Numbered from the stretch's first letter, positions 18,219 to 28,512 are shown. The stretch is 64,000 nt of DNA from a bacterium (GCA_965216315.1 CBDCFN010000015.1:224001-288000); one strand, 5' to 3'. Made by a program: numbers and translations. Notes: generated by a model from the sequence alone, not told the origin.

Positions 18219-19460
18219 ATGAGCCAACAAGAACCCAAAAAACGTCCGGCGGTTTCAAGCCATTTTGATGACGATGCCTTTGCCCCCGGGCAGATTATCC
18301 GTAAGGGCATGGGGCATAAAGAGGCCATCCAATCCGACTTTGAACGGGATTACCACAGCGATATCATTAGCAAAATAATCGCTAACGATTACATTTACAC
18401 TGAAAAGGATATTACTTTCTATTTGGCCACGGATTTTGGTTTTTGTTACGGCGTCGATCGTTCTTTAGAGCTGGCTCACGAAACAATTAAACACTTTCCG
18501 GACCGGCGTATCTTTCTAACAACTGAAATCATCCATAATCCCTATGCGAATAAAAATTTGCGCAAGCTGGGGGTCCAATTTCTTTCCGGTCAGTACAAAG
18601 CCGAGCTAGGGATCGAAGATGTGACTCGAGAGGACATTGTCATCCTGCCTGCATTTGGCACCGACGTCGCCATGCTGAAAACGCTTAAGACCAAAGGATG
18701 CACGATGGTCGATACTATTTGTGGTTCCGTACTCAATGTCTGGAAGCGCGTCGAAGATTATGCCAGCGACGGATATACATCCATCATTCACGGCAAGTAT
18801 TACCACGAAGAATCGGTAGCGACTTCGTCGCGGGTACTCGAATATAATGGCGGCAAATATCTTCTCGTGCTCGACATGAAAGAAACCGAGTATGTCGCCA
18901 ACTACATCCTGAACGGCGGCAATAAAGCTGAATTTCTTGAAAAGTTTAGCAAGGCGGTTTCACCGGGCTTTGACCCGGATAAAGATCTGGAAAAAATCGG
19001 CCTGGCCAATCAAACAACTATGCTCTCTAGTGAGTCCTTGGCAATTGCTGATTATTTAAAAGATGTCATGATCCAAAAATACGGGGCTGGCAAACTTGCG
19101 GAACACTTCCGCAACTTCGATACGATTTGTTCGGCGACTGAAGACCGTCAACAGGCGATTCTCAAACTGAAAGATGCACCGCTTGATGTCATGATCGTCA
19201 TTGGTGGCTACAACTCTTCGAATACCAACCACTTGTGCAAAATTGCCGGTGAGTATTTTACTAGCTTCCATATTGAATCGGCAGAGTGCATACTATCGGC
19301 TCAGGAAATTCAACATAAGCCTTACGGTCAATGGGAGACGGCAATCACTCAAGACTGGCTCCCTGAAAAACCCTGCCGTATCGGAATCACGGCTGGCGCT
19401 TCAACGCCAAATCAGGTGCTCGGTTCTGCGATTGAAAGGATCTTATCGTTTGATTTTTAA
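18219..19460 (+). CDS. ispH: 4-hydroxy-3-methylbut-2-enyl diphosphate reductase (long form)
   Basis: GFCYGV, IIHNP, DTIC, NQTT, SSNT, TAGASTP. Confidence 0.95.
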   Translation: MSQQEPKKRPAVSSHFDDDAFAPGQIIRKGMGHKEAIQSDFERDYHSDIISKIIANDYIYTEKDITFYLATDFGFCYGVDRSLELAHETIKHFPDRRIFLTTEIIHNPYANKNLRKLGVQFLSGQYKAELGIEDVTREDIVILPAFGTDVAMLKTLKTKGCTMVDTICGSVLNVWKRVEDYASDGYTSIIHGKYYHEESVATSSRVLEYNGGKYLLVLDMKETEYVANYILNGGNKAEFLEKFSKAVSPGFDPDKDLEKIGLANQTTMLSSESLAIADYLKDVMIQKYGAGKLAEHFRNFDTICSATEDRQQAILKLKDAPLDVMIVIGGYNSSNTNHLCKIAGEYFTSFHIESAECILSAQEIQHKPYGQWETAITQDWLPEKPCRIGITAGASTPNQVLGSAIERILSFDF

Positions 19461-19478
19461 TGGAGATAGGGAGGAACT

Positions 19479-20084
19479 ATGAAAAACAGTCATAAAATAA
19501 CCTGCTTAGTTATGGGTATGAGTTTAGTTGCATTCGCGCACTCCGGTCTCGCTAAGGGTACGGAAGTTCCGGAAGACACGTCCCCTTCTGCGTGTTCCGG
19601 ATCGATGAGCAAAGCAGAATGCCACCGCTGGTATGAAATGGTCGAAAAAGAAAATCCCGACGCCTGTGCCGGCTATAAAAAGGGCTCCAGAGAGTGCGGC
19701 GACTGGCATGCCGTCAAAAAATATGTTCCACCACCGCCGCCGCCTAAAGTCGAACCGCTTGTCTTGCACGGCGTAACCTTTGAGCTTGATAGCAGCCAAA
19801 TCCGTCCTGAATCGTATCCTGTGCTTGATGCGAACGTCACCATGCTGCAAAAGCATCCGAATGCCAATGTCGAAGTCGTTGGACATACGGATAGCACCGG
19901 CTCCGAGGCCTATAACCAAAAACTCTCGGAGGCACGCGCCAAGTCGGTCATGAACTACTTCATCAGCAAGGGTGTCTCCGCAAGTCGACTATCGGCGAGC
20001 GGACGCGGGGAAAGCAGTCCGGTAGCTGATAATAAAACGAAGGAAGGGCGCGCACAAAACAGGCGCATCGAACTGCACCGTTAG
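19479..20084 (+). CDS. OmpA C-terminal domain protein with small Cys-rich N-domain
   Basis: Signal peptide, poly-Pro linker, GHTDSTG, NQKLSEARA, NRRIE. Confidence 0.9.
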   Translation: MKNSHKITCLVMGMSLVAFAHSGLAKGTEVPEDTSPSACSGSMSKAECHRWYEMVEKENPDACAGYKKGSRECGDWHAVKKYVPPPPPPKVEPLVLHGVTFELDSSQIRPESYPVLDANVTMLQKHPNANVEVVGHTDSTGSEAYNQKLSEARAKSVMNYFISKGVSASRLSASGRGESSPVADNKTKEGRAQNRRIELHR

Positions 20085-20085
20085 A

Positions 20086-21153
20086 CTAAGTCGAAGACGG
20101 GCTGTTCAGGATCAACATCGCATCGCCGAAACTAAACAGTCGGTAATGCTGAGCGACCGCTTCGCGATAGGCGTCCAAGATAAATTCGCGACCGGCAAAT
20201 GCGGAGACCAGCATCAACAAGGTCGACTTGGGCTGATGGAAGTTCGTCAGGATACGGTCCACAACTTGAAACCGGTAGCCCGGATAAATAAATTTCCGCG
20301 TATATCCGGGTCCGGCCTGGAGGGGAGACTGTCCGGTCTCTCCTCCAGGATCCCAGACTGACTCCAAAGTTCGTACTGTTGTCGTCCCTATCGCCGTCAC
20401 CCGTCGCCCTTCTTTTTTGGCACGTTGAATTTTCTCAAGGCTTGCCGCAGGGATCTCATAACTCTCTCCGTGCATTTTATGTGCGGTCACATCATTCGCT
20501 CGGACGGGCTGAAAAGTATCGCGACTCACGTGCAAGATCACTCCCGCGGTCTCACAGCCACGCGCATTGAGATCTGCCAATATCTCGTTCGTAAAATGAA
20601 AACCCGCTGTCGGCGCCGCCGCTGCGGTCCCAGTCTTGGCGTATACCGTCTGGTAGCGTTGCACGTCCTCGTGTTTGGATTCAAAGGGGGCGTCACGTTT
20701 GATGTAAGGCGGTAGTGGTGGAAGACCGGCAGCCGTGATTAAATCAAGTAAGTCCCGTGAAATAGGCGAAAAAATAATCGTCCATTCATCTCCACGACCC
20801 GACAGTCTCCCTTTCAGTTTACCGCTAAATGTAACCTCCACTCCATCTTTCAGTTTATTTGCCGGACGTACCAAGCAGGTCCATTCAGCATCGCGCCGTT
20901 GATCGAGTAAAAGAACTTCCACCTGGCGGCCTGTTTTCGTCTGTCCATACAGGCGTGAAGGCATGACTCTCACTTCGTTGAAGACCAGAAGATCCTCAGG
21001 ACCAAAAAAGCTCGTGAAATCAATGAAGCGCTTGTGTTGCCAACTTTTTTGGAATGGATCGAGGACCATCAGACGAGAAGCACTGCGGTCGGGAAGTGGT
21101 TGCTGCGCAATAAGTTCCTCGGGGAACTCATAATTAAATAATTCGATGTCCAT
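20086..21153 (-). CDS. queA: SAM:tRNA ribosyltransferase-isomerase
   Basis: LIAQQP, PLPPYI, RYQTVYA, AAPTAGFHF, TNFHQP, YRLFSFGD. Confidence 0.96.
   Translation of the reverse strand: MDIELFNYEFPEELIAQQPLPDRSASRLMVLDPFQKSWQHKRFIDFTSFFGPEDLLVFNEVRVMPSRLYGQTKTGRQVEVLLLDQRRDAEWTCLVRPANKLKDGVEVTFSGKLKGRLSGRGDEWTIIFSPISRDLLDLITAAGLPPLPPYIKRDAPFESKHEDVQRYQTVYAKTGTAAAAPTAGFHFTNEILADLNARGCETAGVILHVSRDTFQPVRANDVTAHKMHGESYEIPAASLEKIQRAKKEGRRVTAIGTTTVRTLESVWDPGGETGQSPLQAGPGYTRKFIYPGYRFQVVDRILTNFHQPKSTLLMLVSAFAGREFILDAYREAVAQHYRLFSFGDAMLILNSPSST
20316..20349. repeat. In-frame REP-like hairpin in queA
   Basis: cctggaggggagac-tgtccg-gtctctcctccagg, 14-bp stem. Confidence 0.7.
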
Positions 21154-21156
21154 GGA

Positions 21157-22047
21157 TTAATAGGAACGTTTAATTTCAACGCCCGGATAATAAAAATTCA
21201 ATATCTCACGATACCCTCTACCGCGATCCGCCATTCCGCGTGCGCCCCACTGGCAAAGCCCGACGCCGTGCCCATTACCCGAACCGACAAGTATCAATTG
21301 TTCGTTGAGTTCAAGTATATTGAAATTGGTCGAACGAACCCGACTATAGCCCAAGAGCTGTCGAAAGCGATTGCTGTTAAGCGCAACCGTTTCAGCATCC
21401 GTAATGATGGCAACCTCATGAACGCGTTGGCTGTCCTCGTCGTTGATGGGAATCACATGACTGACTTCACCGCTCGCAAGACGCTGATCTTGAAGCATCA
21501 AGCTGAGTTCCGCTTTGCTCAATTCGATTTCCCAACCCTGATCAGGACACGCACGACAAAAAGGATCGGCCTTCGCCGTATAAAAAGTCAGTTGTTTCGC
21601 CCAGGTCCAGACGTTCGCCGCCTGCTCAGACCGCCCGCCACAACAGCTATGAAAAAAAGCCGGTATTACATTTCCCTGCCACATCAGGGTCTGTCCGCGT
21701 GTCGTCCGCACGGCTGTCACCAGCTTGGAGGGATATTCATCCAGCATGCGGAAGGCCTGGTCATTAACGGATGCCTCCAGATCATAAGCCGCATGCTGCG
21801 GATGGGCCTTGCGGTAAAGTGCGTAGGTACGTGCCGCAATCGCCTGCGCCTTCTGCGCCTCCAGCGGCCATTCCTTAGGAAGCTCCGCGGCCAAGACACC
21901 GAACAAATAGTCATCCATTGCCATTTCAACCACCTGAAGCGGATAGCGCGAGAGTGCCACGCGCACCACCGGCGTCACCCCCGCAAAAGCCGTATTCGCA
22001 AGGATTAACAAACAACAAACGACAAAAATGTGACGAAGACGGAGCAT
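21157..22047 (-). CDS. SpoIID/LytB-family lytic transglycosylase
   Basis: YL.GVL.AE, EAQKAQAIAARTYA, FHSCCGG, GHGVGLCQWGA, ILNFYYPG. Confidence 0.92.
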   Translation of the reverse strand: MLRLRHIFVVCCLLILANTAFAGVTPVVRVALSRYPLQVVEMAMDDYLFGVLAAELPKEWPLEAQKAQAIAARTYALYRKAHPQHAAYDLEASVNDQAFRMLDEYPSKLVTAVRTTRGQTLMWQGNVIPAFFHSCCGGRSEQAANVWTWAKQLTFYTAKADPFCRACPDQGWEIELSKAELSLMLQDQRLASGEVSHVIPINDEDSQRVHEVAIITDAETVALNSNRFRQLLGYSRVRSTNFNILELNEQLILVGSGNGHGVGLCQWGARGMADRGRGYREILNFYYPGVEIKRSY

Positions 22048-22093
22048 AGAAGTGCCTGAATAGATGCCAAGAATAAGCTGGAATTGCAATTTA

Positions 22094-22171
22094 CAGATGG
22101 GGGTTGTCAGGGGGAGCGCGGTATCACCCCCTGACTAGAGCACAATGGAAGCTCAGCTTTCATTGTGCGAA
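22094..22171. repeat. Structured two-hairpin element family C, copy 2
   Basis: Homologous to 8091-8171. Confidence 0.85.
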
Positions 22172-22200
22172 TTGACAAGGCGCGTCATTTAGGGTAAAGA
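22172..22200 (+). promoter_or_regulatory. Candidate sigma-70 promoter of the GGDEF gene
   Basis: TTGACA-17-TAAAGA; AGGAG SD downstream. Confidence 0.5.
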
Positions 22201-22233
22201 GCTATCCAGTCTTGCCTGGGACAGGAGACTCAG

Positions 22234-23505
22234 ATGAGCTTAAAACACATTCCGATCGGCCCCAAACTCTCTTTGCTGGTCATCTTATTCGTCAGCGGCC
22301 TGACCGCCGGGATCCAGGGACTGATTTATCTCTACCAGCCGGAAATCTTTCAGCTCGTTTCGGCTCCCGTCGCCGTGACCCTATCGGCGGCCCTCTCCGC
22401 GGTCCTCACCGGCATCACCCTTCTCCTCCTGACCCGGCGTCTGGTCGATAAGCCGTTAGAGCGGCAAAATCGCCATCTGATCCTCCTCTATGATATCGCG
22501 CGGCTGTTGAGCGAATCCGTCGCCTCCGAAGATGCCTATCAGGAAATACTCGATATTGTCGGCTGCATGCTGGATTACGACGAACTCGTCCTGTTGCTGC
22601 ACCAACCCCAATCCGATACATTGAAAGTCGCCGCTACTTACGGACTCAAGCATCCCAATGATATCGTCGGTATGGAATTTGCCGCCGGCGAAGGGGTCAC
22701 GGGTGCGGCCATTGCGCAGCGGGCCCCTATCAGTATTCCCAATACCCGCAATGATGAACGCTACCTCTATTACAAGGGCTTGAAGCCGGAAGACGTTTCA
22801 TTCTTAACGGTCCCGTTACTCGACCCAGCGGGCGATAAGGCCATCGGCACGCTTAACGTAAGCCGCCCTGCGGATAAACCTTTTGGACAACATGAACGCG
22901 AAACAGTTCAAGCGGTTTCCAACCTCGTGTCGCTCGCGCTCCGTAATGGAAACCTGTACGGCCGTCTCAAAGAACTGTCCGTGCGTGATGAACTCACAGG
23001 TCTCTACAATAGACGCGATTGCGACAAAACGATTCAACGCGAACTGATTCGCGCCACTCGCTTCAAGCGTCAGTTGTCCGTGTTAATGATCGATATCGAC
23101 CACTTCAAGAAATTCAATGACCGCTATGGCCATCAAGAGGGCGATAAGATGCTCCAAGAATTCGCCGCGCTCTTAAAGGCATCGCTGCGTGACGTCGATT
23201 ATATTTCGCGCTGGGGGGGTGAAGAGTTTTTAGTTATTCTACCAAGTACGGAACCTGAAGGCGCATTAAACGCCGCTGAAAAAATCCGTCGCCGCGTCAG
23301 CCAACATAGCTTTGATAATCTCAAAATCACTTCTGATTTTCAATTTACGGTCTCCATCGGCGTCGCTACCTTTCCCGATGACGGAAAAACTGCCGAAGAG
23401 CTGGTCAGCCGTGCCGATCAAGCCCTATATACGGCCAAGGGCGGTGGTCGTAATCGTGTAATCGTCGCAGGCGCTCACGAGAAAGCCAAACAAAAGGTTG
23501 TATAA
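22234..23505 (+). CDS. Membrane GAF-GGDEF diguanylate cyclase
   Basis: Two TM helices, GAF, DELTGLYNR, DIDHFK, RxxD I-site, GGEEF. Confidence 0.93.
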   Translation: MSLKHIPIGPKLSLLVILFVSGLTAGIQGLIYLYQPEIFQLVSAPVAVTLSAALSAVLTGITLLLLTRRLVDKPLERQNRHLILLYDIARLLSESVASEDAYQEILDIVGCMLDYDELVLLLHQPQSDTLKVAATYGLKHPNDIVGMEFAAGEGVTGAAIAQRAPISIPNTRNDERYLYYKGLKPEDVSFLTVPLLDPAGDKAIGTLNVSRPADKPFGQHERETVQAVSNLVSLALRNGNLYGRLKELSVRDELTGLYNRRDCDKTIQRELIRATRFKRQLSVLMIDIDHFKKFNDRYGHQEGDKMLQEFAALLKASLRDVDYISRWGGEEFLVILPSTEPEGALNAAEKIRRRVSQHSFDNLKITSDFQFTVSIGVATFPDDGKTAEELVSRADQALYTAKGGGRNRVIVAGAHEKAKQKVV

Positions 23506-23508
23506 GAA

Positions 23509-23571
23509 TTATTTCTTTGCGGGAATAGGCATTCCCAATTTCTTCATTACCTGCTGCAGATCCTCCCACAC
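23509..23571 (-). pseudogene. Duplicated 3' fragment of udg
   Basis: Encodes [20 protein letters not shown] versus [19 protein letters not shown] at 23665-23724. Confidence 0.9.
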
Positions 23572-23578
23572 ACTATTC

Positions 23579-23653
23579 ATAGGGGCTTGCGTCGCCCCCT
23601 CCGGTCGGCAAAGCCGCCGGAACCTCCCCCTCTCGGACGCTTTGCGTCCTAGG
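23579..23653 (+). repeat. Three-hairpin element family B, copy 1
   Basis: taggggcttgcgtcgccccctcc..gcaaagc..gga.cctccccctctcg..ctag; also at 45803 and 57524. Confidence 0.88.
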
Positions 23654-23664
23654 TCGGATCTGCT

Positions 23665-24351
23665 TTATTTTTTAGGTATTGGTAAATTCAATTTCTTCAT
23701 GACCTGCTGCAGATCCTCCCACACATCCTTCTTCTTGTATTCGTTACGGAGGAGATAGGCGGGGTGATAGGTGGGCATCATATCAATACCGGCCACCTGG
23801 TGAAACTGGCCCCGCAAACGCGTGATTCCCATTTCGGTTCCAAGTAAAGCCTTCACCGCAACATTCCCAAGGCCAATCAACATCTTCGGGCTAACCGTTG
23901 CAATTTGGCGCAACAAGAAGGGGTAGCACGTCTCTATCTCGGAAGGTTCCGGATTGCGATTATTGGGTGGGCGGCATTTGACGATATTGGCAATGTAGAC
24001 ATCGTCCCGTTTCAGGCCCATCGCCTCAATCATCCGCGTCAACAACTGTCCGGCACGTCCGACAAAAGGTTCGCCCTTTACGTCCTCATCTTGCCCCGGT
24101 CCTTCACCGATAAACATAATATCCGCGTTAGGGCTACCGACTCCAAAAACAATGTTGGTTCGACCACTGCAAAGCTTGCAGCGCTCACAGTCACCTATAT
24201 CTGCTCTAATGTCTTCGAGACTCTCCTTTTTCAACTCATCGCTACTTGATTTTGCGAGCTGATTCGACTGCGGTAAATCGGGAATCCCCAGTTCCGCTTG
24301 ATACTCAAGTTCCGCTTTGAGCTGATTGGCAATTTGCTCTCGCTCACCCAT
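23665..24351 (-). CDS. udg: Uracil-DNA glycosylase family 4
   Basis: C..C.L, GEGPG..ED, FVGRAG, KCRPP.NR.P, TYHPAY. Confidence 0.93.
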   Translation of the reverse strand: MGEREQIANQLKAELEYQAELGIPDLPQSNQLAKSSSDELKKESLEDIRADIGDCERCKLCSGRTNIVFGVGSPNADIMFIGEGPGQDEDVKGEPFVGRAGQLLTRMIEAMGLKRDDVYIANIVKCRPPNNRNPEPSEIETCYPFLLRQIATVSPKMLIGLGNVAVKALLGTEMGITRLRGQFHQVAGIDMMPTYHPAYLLRNEYKKKDVWEDLQQVMKKLNLPIPKK

Positions 24352-24463
24352 CGCCAATGATCACTAGGACCATTCACACCCTAGAGTCAACCGGTGCCTC
24401 TCCTGCCACCGCGCTCCCCCGTATAGACCTTGTTATTTGCTCGGAAGCGACTATGATGGTCCC

Positions 24464-25387
24464 ATGTTCCTGCTTATGCTGCTAAGCGGTCTCATCGGCT
24501 CGTTCGTCATTTTGTGTCCCGGTGAGGCTTTTGCCTGGGGACCCATCACTCATCTGGATTTCGCCACCGAAGCCCTGCGCCATACGGCCGCCTATCCGGC
24601 AGCCATACGTAATATCCTCATGGCCTTTCCCAATGATTTCTTATACGGAACGCTGGCCGCCGACATCACCGTCGGCAAAAGCTACGTGGATTACATCTAT
24701 AACTGTCATAATTGGCGCGTGGGCTTTCTACTCCTCAATGAAGCCAAGGATAAACGCCAGCAGGCCTGCGCTTATGGCTACCTGACCCATCTGGCGGCCG
24801 ATATCATCGCCCATAATTTCTTTGTCCCGGCAACAACGATACGCAGCTATTCAACTCGCGCCTTAGGTCATGTTTATTGGGAAATGCGCTTTGATTCACG
24901 CCGCCCTAAACGTACTTGGAATCTCGCCAAAGAGATTTGCAGTGCCGATTTTTCTCATGACGACGAACTCTTTCAACGCATGCTCAAACGGACTCTCTTT
25001 TCTTTCAAAACGAACAAACGCATCTTCAATTCCATTCTTAATTTGCACAAACTGCGCCAATGGCGTGGTGGAATGAAACAACTGGACCGCAAATCAAAGT
25101 GGACTCTCTCGCGAACAGATATCTCACTCTTTCGGGGCATGGCGATAGACTCCGTCGTCACCTTCTTAGAAGATCCCGCTCATGCCCCCTGCACCCGCGT
25201 CGACCCGACAGGAGCTGACAAGCTTCTCTATGCTAAACAAACCTGTCGCCACCTCAAACGCGCCTACAAGCGACGTCTCATTACCGAAACAGAAGCCAAT
25301 GCTTTTACGCGTGAGGCCCAAAACGCCCTCCAGCAGGCCGTCTATGAAGACGTCCCATTGCCGGAAGTGGCTGATATGTTTGAATAA
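24464..25387 (+). CDS. Zinc-dependent phospholipase C family protein
   Basis: Signal then WGPITH; G..AAD; GYLTHLAADIIAH; H..WE. Confidence 0.8.
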   Translation: MFLLMLLSGLIGSFVILCPGEAFAWGPITHLDFATEALRHTAAYPAAIRNILMAFPNDFLYGTLAADITVGKSYVDYIYNCHNWRVGFLLLNEAKDKRQQACAYGYLTHLAADIIAHNFFVPATTIRSYSTRALGHVYWEMRFDSRRPKRTWNLAKEICSADFSHDDELFQRMLKRTLFSFKTNKRIFNSILNLHKLRQWRGGMKQLDRKSKWTLSRTDISLFRGMAIDSVVTFLEDPAHAPCTRVDPTGADKLLYAKQTCRHLKRAYKRRLITETEANAFTREAQNALQQAVYEDVPLPEVADMFE

Positions 25388-25485
25388 AATCCCGCTTCCC
25401 ACAATTAGCAACTTTTTCAGTGACTTGACGAGACTCAGCTGGCTTATCGTTGCTTTCGGTTGAGATTCGGGGAGGGGAGGCTATC

Positions 25486-26904
25486 ATGAAAAAAATCATC
25501 ACTCTTTTATTAGCAGGGGTCCTCTGGCTATTGCCCACGGGTTCACAATCCGTGCACGCTGCCGCCAGCTTCGATTCCTTAAATTATAAACCCGCTTCTG
25601 ATCACGGTTTTTATCTCACTGTTCAAGGCTCACAAACACTGGGCAAGGGACAATTTCACGGCGGAATGAGCTTCGTCTTTGCAGATTCACCCCTGATCCT
25701 CTTAAACGCCGCCGGTACAAAAGTTCGCGACATCGTCGAAAATCAGATCTCCGCTCATGCCGCTGTCGCGGTCGGTGTCACGGATTGGTTGAATCTTGGC
25801 GCCGTGATTAGTTTTGTTCCCTATCAGAATTTCTTGTCCCCCGCGACCGGCGCCAGTGACGATGGACCGCGCATGGGAGACATTCGCCTGGATGCAAAGT
25901 TTCGCCTCCTCAATCGGGAAACGTATCCGGTCGGGATCGCTTTTGTTCCGTTTATCACCTTCCCCAGTGGCAGTAGCTCTCACTTTACTGGTGAAGGCAA
26001 CGTCACCGGTGGGGCCGAAATTGTCGTTGAGTCCAAGCGCTTTGCCGACCGTTTTTCCGTATCCGCTAACGTCGGTGCGGTGATTCGTGACGACACAAAT
26101 CTGAGTGCCGGTACCGATATTGGTGATCAACTGACCTATGCCGTCGGCGCCAACTTTGCCGCGCTACGCGAGCTAGAGTTCATCGCTGAACTGCGCGGTT
26201 GGACCCAATTCGATGATTTTTTCGGCTCGCAACATCGCCCACTGATGGCGCGAGGCGGTATCCGCTACTTTCCGATCCCGGAACTCGCTTTTACGGCGGG
26301 TGGCGGTGGCGCCGTCATCAAGGGCATGGGCGCTCCTAACTATGAAACTTTCCTTACTGTTGCCTACACCCCGGCTTACGACCATTATGAACCGACTCCT
26401 CCGGTTGCCTGTCCGGATAACGACAACGATGGCGTCTGTGACATGGACGATCGTTGTCCTGCCGAGGCGGGGCCGTCATCTAATTGCGGGTGTCCTCCCC
26501 AACCCGCCATGGAAGTCGATCATGAGGCCAAACAGATTCGCAGCCAAAAGATCCATTTCGCGCTCGATAAAGCGGTGATTCAGCTCAATTCACACTACAT
26601 TCTGGATACAATCGCCAAGACACTGAAAGTCCGCCCGGACATCACCCATATGCGCATTATTGGGCACACGGATAGTACCGGTTCCGACGCCTACAACCAA
26701 AAACTGTCAGAACGCCGCGCGAGTGCCGTTCGCGATTACCTCCAAGGCAAAGGGATCAAGGGCGATCGTCTCTCGCATTTCGGCAAGGGTGAATCGCAAC
26801 CGATTGCCTCCAACGGTACAACCGCGGGCCGAGCGAAAAACCGCCGCGTTCAATTTGATATCGACGTACTGCCGCGGACAGTTAAATCCGCCTGTGGACG
26901 CTAA
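25486..26904 (+). CDS. Outer-membrane beta-barrel + TSP3-like repeat + OmpA domain (TraB-like architecture)
   Basis: Signal peptide, amphipathic strands, CPDNDNDGVCDMDDRCP, GHTDSTG, NRRV. Confidence 0.85.
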   Translation: MKKIITLLLAGVLWLLPTGSQSVHAAASFDSLNYKPASDHGFYLTVQGSQTLGKGQFHGGMSFVFADSPLILLNAAGTKVRDIVENQISAHAAVAVGVTDWLNLGAVISFVPYQNFLSPATGASDDGPRMGDIRLDAKFRLLNRETYPVGIAFVPFITFPSGSSSHFTGEGNVTGGAEIVVESKRFADRFSVSANVGAVIRDDTNLSAGTDIGDQLTYAVGANFAALRELEFIAELRGWTQFDDFFGSQHRPLMARGGIRYFPIPELAFTAGGGGAVIKGMGAPNYETFLTVAYTPAYDHYEPTPPVACPDNDNDGVCDMDDRCPAEAGPSSNCGCPPQPAMEVDHEAKQIRSQKIHFALDKAVIQLNSHYILDTIAKTLKVRPDITHMRIIGHTDSTGSDAYNQKLSERRASAVRDYLQGKGIKGDRLSHFGKGESQPIASNGTTAGRAKNRRVQFDIDVLPRTVKSACGR

Positions 26905-26930
26905 GCACATTCTGAATTTCAAGATTTGCG

Positions 26931-26963
26931 AAAGCCCCTAGCCGATTGCGCTAGGGGCTTTTT
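26931..26963 (+). terminator. Rho-independent terminator
   Basis: aaagcccctagc-cgattgc-gctaggggcttttt. Confidence 0.85.
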
Positions 26964-27076
26964 AGCTTCTATTAAGTAGGCCTTCGGTTGACAGAAGGTC
27001 GGCTTTCCCTCAATATCGCAGCAATTTCAGGAGTTCATCAGGCCTCCATTACAATCATTATTTGAGGAAATACCTT

Positions 27077-28384
27077 ATGTCATCGCTAAAGAAATTTTTA
27101 CTCATCGGCGCCGTTGTTATCACGAGCTTTAGTGCCACCAAGGTCCATGCGGCTGCCAGCTTTAACGCGATCAGTTTCAAACCGACTCCGAGTCAGGGTC
27201 CTTACTTTACAATCGAAGGCTCCCAAACGCTTGGACAATGGGGCTATGCGATGGGGCTCTGGTTTGAACTCACCAATAATTCGGTCATTGCATCCACCCC
27301 AACTGGCGTGCTGATTCGCGATGTCGTCAATCATGAGTTCAATATTCATGCCGGGGGTGCCGTGGGTGTCACCGACTGGCTGGACCTCGGTCTCACCATT
27401 ACTTTCGTCCCTTATCAGAATTTTGACAACCCCACCTCGGGTGTCAGTGATAATGGCGCGCGCATGGGCGATATTCGCTTCGCGCCTAAATTCCGCATCC
27501 TCGACAGTGAGAAGTATCCGGTCGGCCTCGCCTTCGTTCCTTTTGTCACCTTCCCAACCGGAAATGACGCTCATTTTACCGGCGATGGCAAGGTCACCGG
27601 AGGAGGCTCACTGGTCGTTGAATCACCGCTGCTCTGGAACCGCGTCCGCATCGCCACGAACCTGGGAGGGGAATTCCGTCAGTCTGCCATGCTGGGGACG
27701 GGTAACAGCATCGACGACCGTTTTTTGTACGGGGTGGGCGCCAATGTCAGCATCATCAAGCCCGTCGAAATTATCGCGGAACTGAGCGGCTGGACTTTAT
27801 TCGATAATTTTTTCAGCAACAACGCCCGCAATCTGGAAATCAACGGCGGCGTGCGTTTCATTCCGATGAAAGGCCTGCAACTCGTTGCCGGCGGGGGAAC
27901 CGGCATACTCGATGGCATGGGCGCTCCGACGTATCGCCTCTTTACGAACATTTCATACCGGCATCCGGCGGAAGAGCGCATCGAGGTTCTGGCAACAAAC
28001 AAGGTTCACTTTGAATACGACAAGGCGCGTATTTTGCCTAAATCCTATCCGGTTCTCGATGAGATCGCACAGACAATTCAAAAACGTGCCGTCAGTCGGG
28101 TCACTGTCGAAGGCCACACGGATAGCCACGGTTCCGATGCTTACAATATGCGCCTTTCACAACGGCGTGCCGAATCCGTCAGACAGTATCTAATTAAAAA
28201 GGGTATTCCAGCGTCTAAACTTGATTCTGCTGGTCGCGGGGAATCAAGACCTGTCTCGACTAATGAGACTCGTGAAGGGCGTGCACTCAATCGCCGCGTT
28301 GAATTTCATTTACACTTGAGGTCATCATCAAAGACTCGCATTGTGGAAAAAGACAGCGCACCGACATTCTTGGAAGGCCATTGA
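27077..28384 (+). CDS. Outer-membrane beta-barrel + OmpA domain, paralog 2
   Basis: VHAAASF..FKP N-terminus shared with paralogs; EGHTDS, NRRVEF. Confidence 0.88.
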   Translation: MSSLKKFLLIGAVVITSFSATKVHAAASFNAISFKPTPSQGPYFTIEGSQTLGQWGYAMGLWFELTNNSVIASTPTGVLIRDVVNHEFNIHAGGAVGVTDWLDLGLTITFVPYQNFDNPTSGVSDNGARMGDIRFAPKFRILDSEKYPVGLAFVPFVTFPTGNDAHFTGDGKVTGGGSLVVESPLLWNRVRIATNLGGEFRQSAMLGTGNSIDDRFLYGVGANVSIIKPVEIIAELSGWTLFDNFFSNNARNLEINGGVRFIPMKGLQLVAGGGTGILDGMGAPTYRLFTNISYRHPAEERIEVLATNKVHFEYDKARILPKSYPVLDEIAQTIQKRAVSRVTVEGHTDSHGSDAYNMRLSQRRAESVRQYLIKKGIPASKLDSAGRGESRPVSTNETREGRALNRRVEFHLHLRSSSKTRIVEKDSAPTFLEGH

Positions 28385-28512
28385 GGCGCTTTAAGCGAAC
28401 ATTTGTATTCGTAGATTCTGTGGGATACAATAGGCGCCATTAGGGTATCTGGCTCCTTCCCCCTGAGACAGAATCGACATAAAAGTACCGCATTCTTTTA
28501 AGGAGAAAAGTT

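Noticed and set aside
21268..22008. 246-aa plus-strand ORF
   Set aside because: Wholly antisense to the well-supported SpoIID/LytB gene; no motifs
23498..23758. 86-aa ORF with an internal repeat
   Set aside because: Antisense reading of the duplicated udg end plus the family B element
24408..24420. 13-nt match (accgcgctccccc) to family C
   Set aside because: No flanking stems; could be chance
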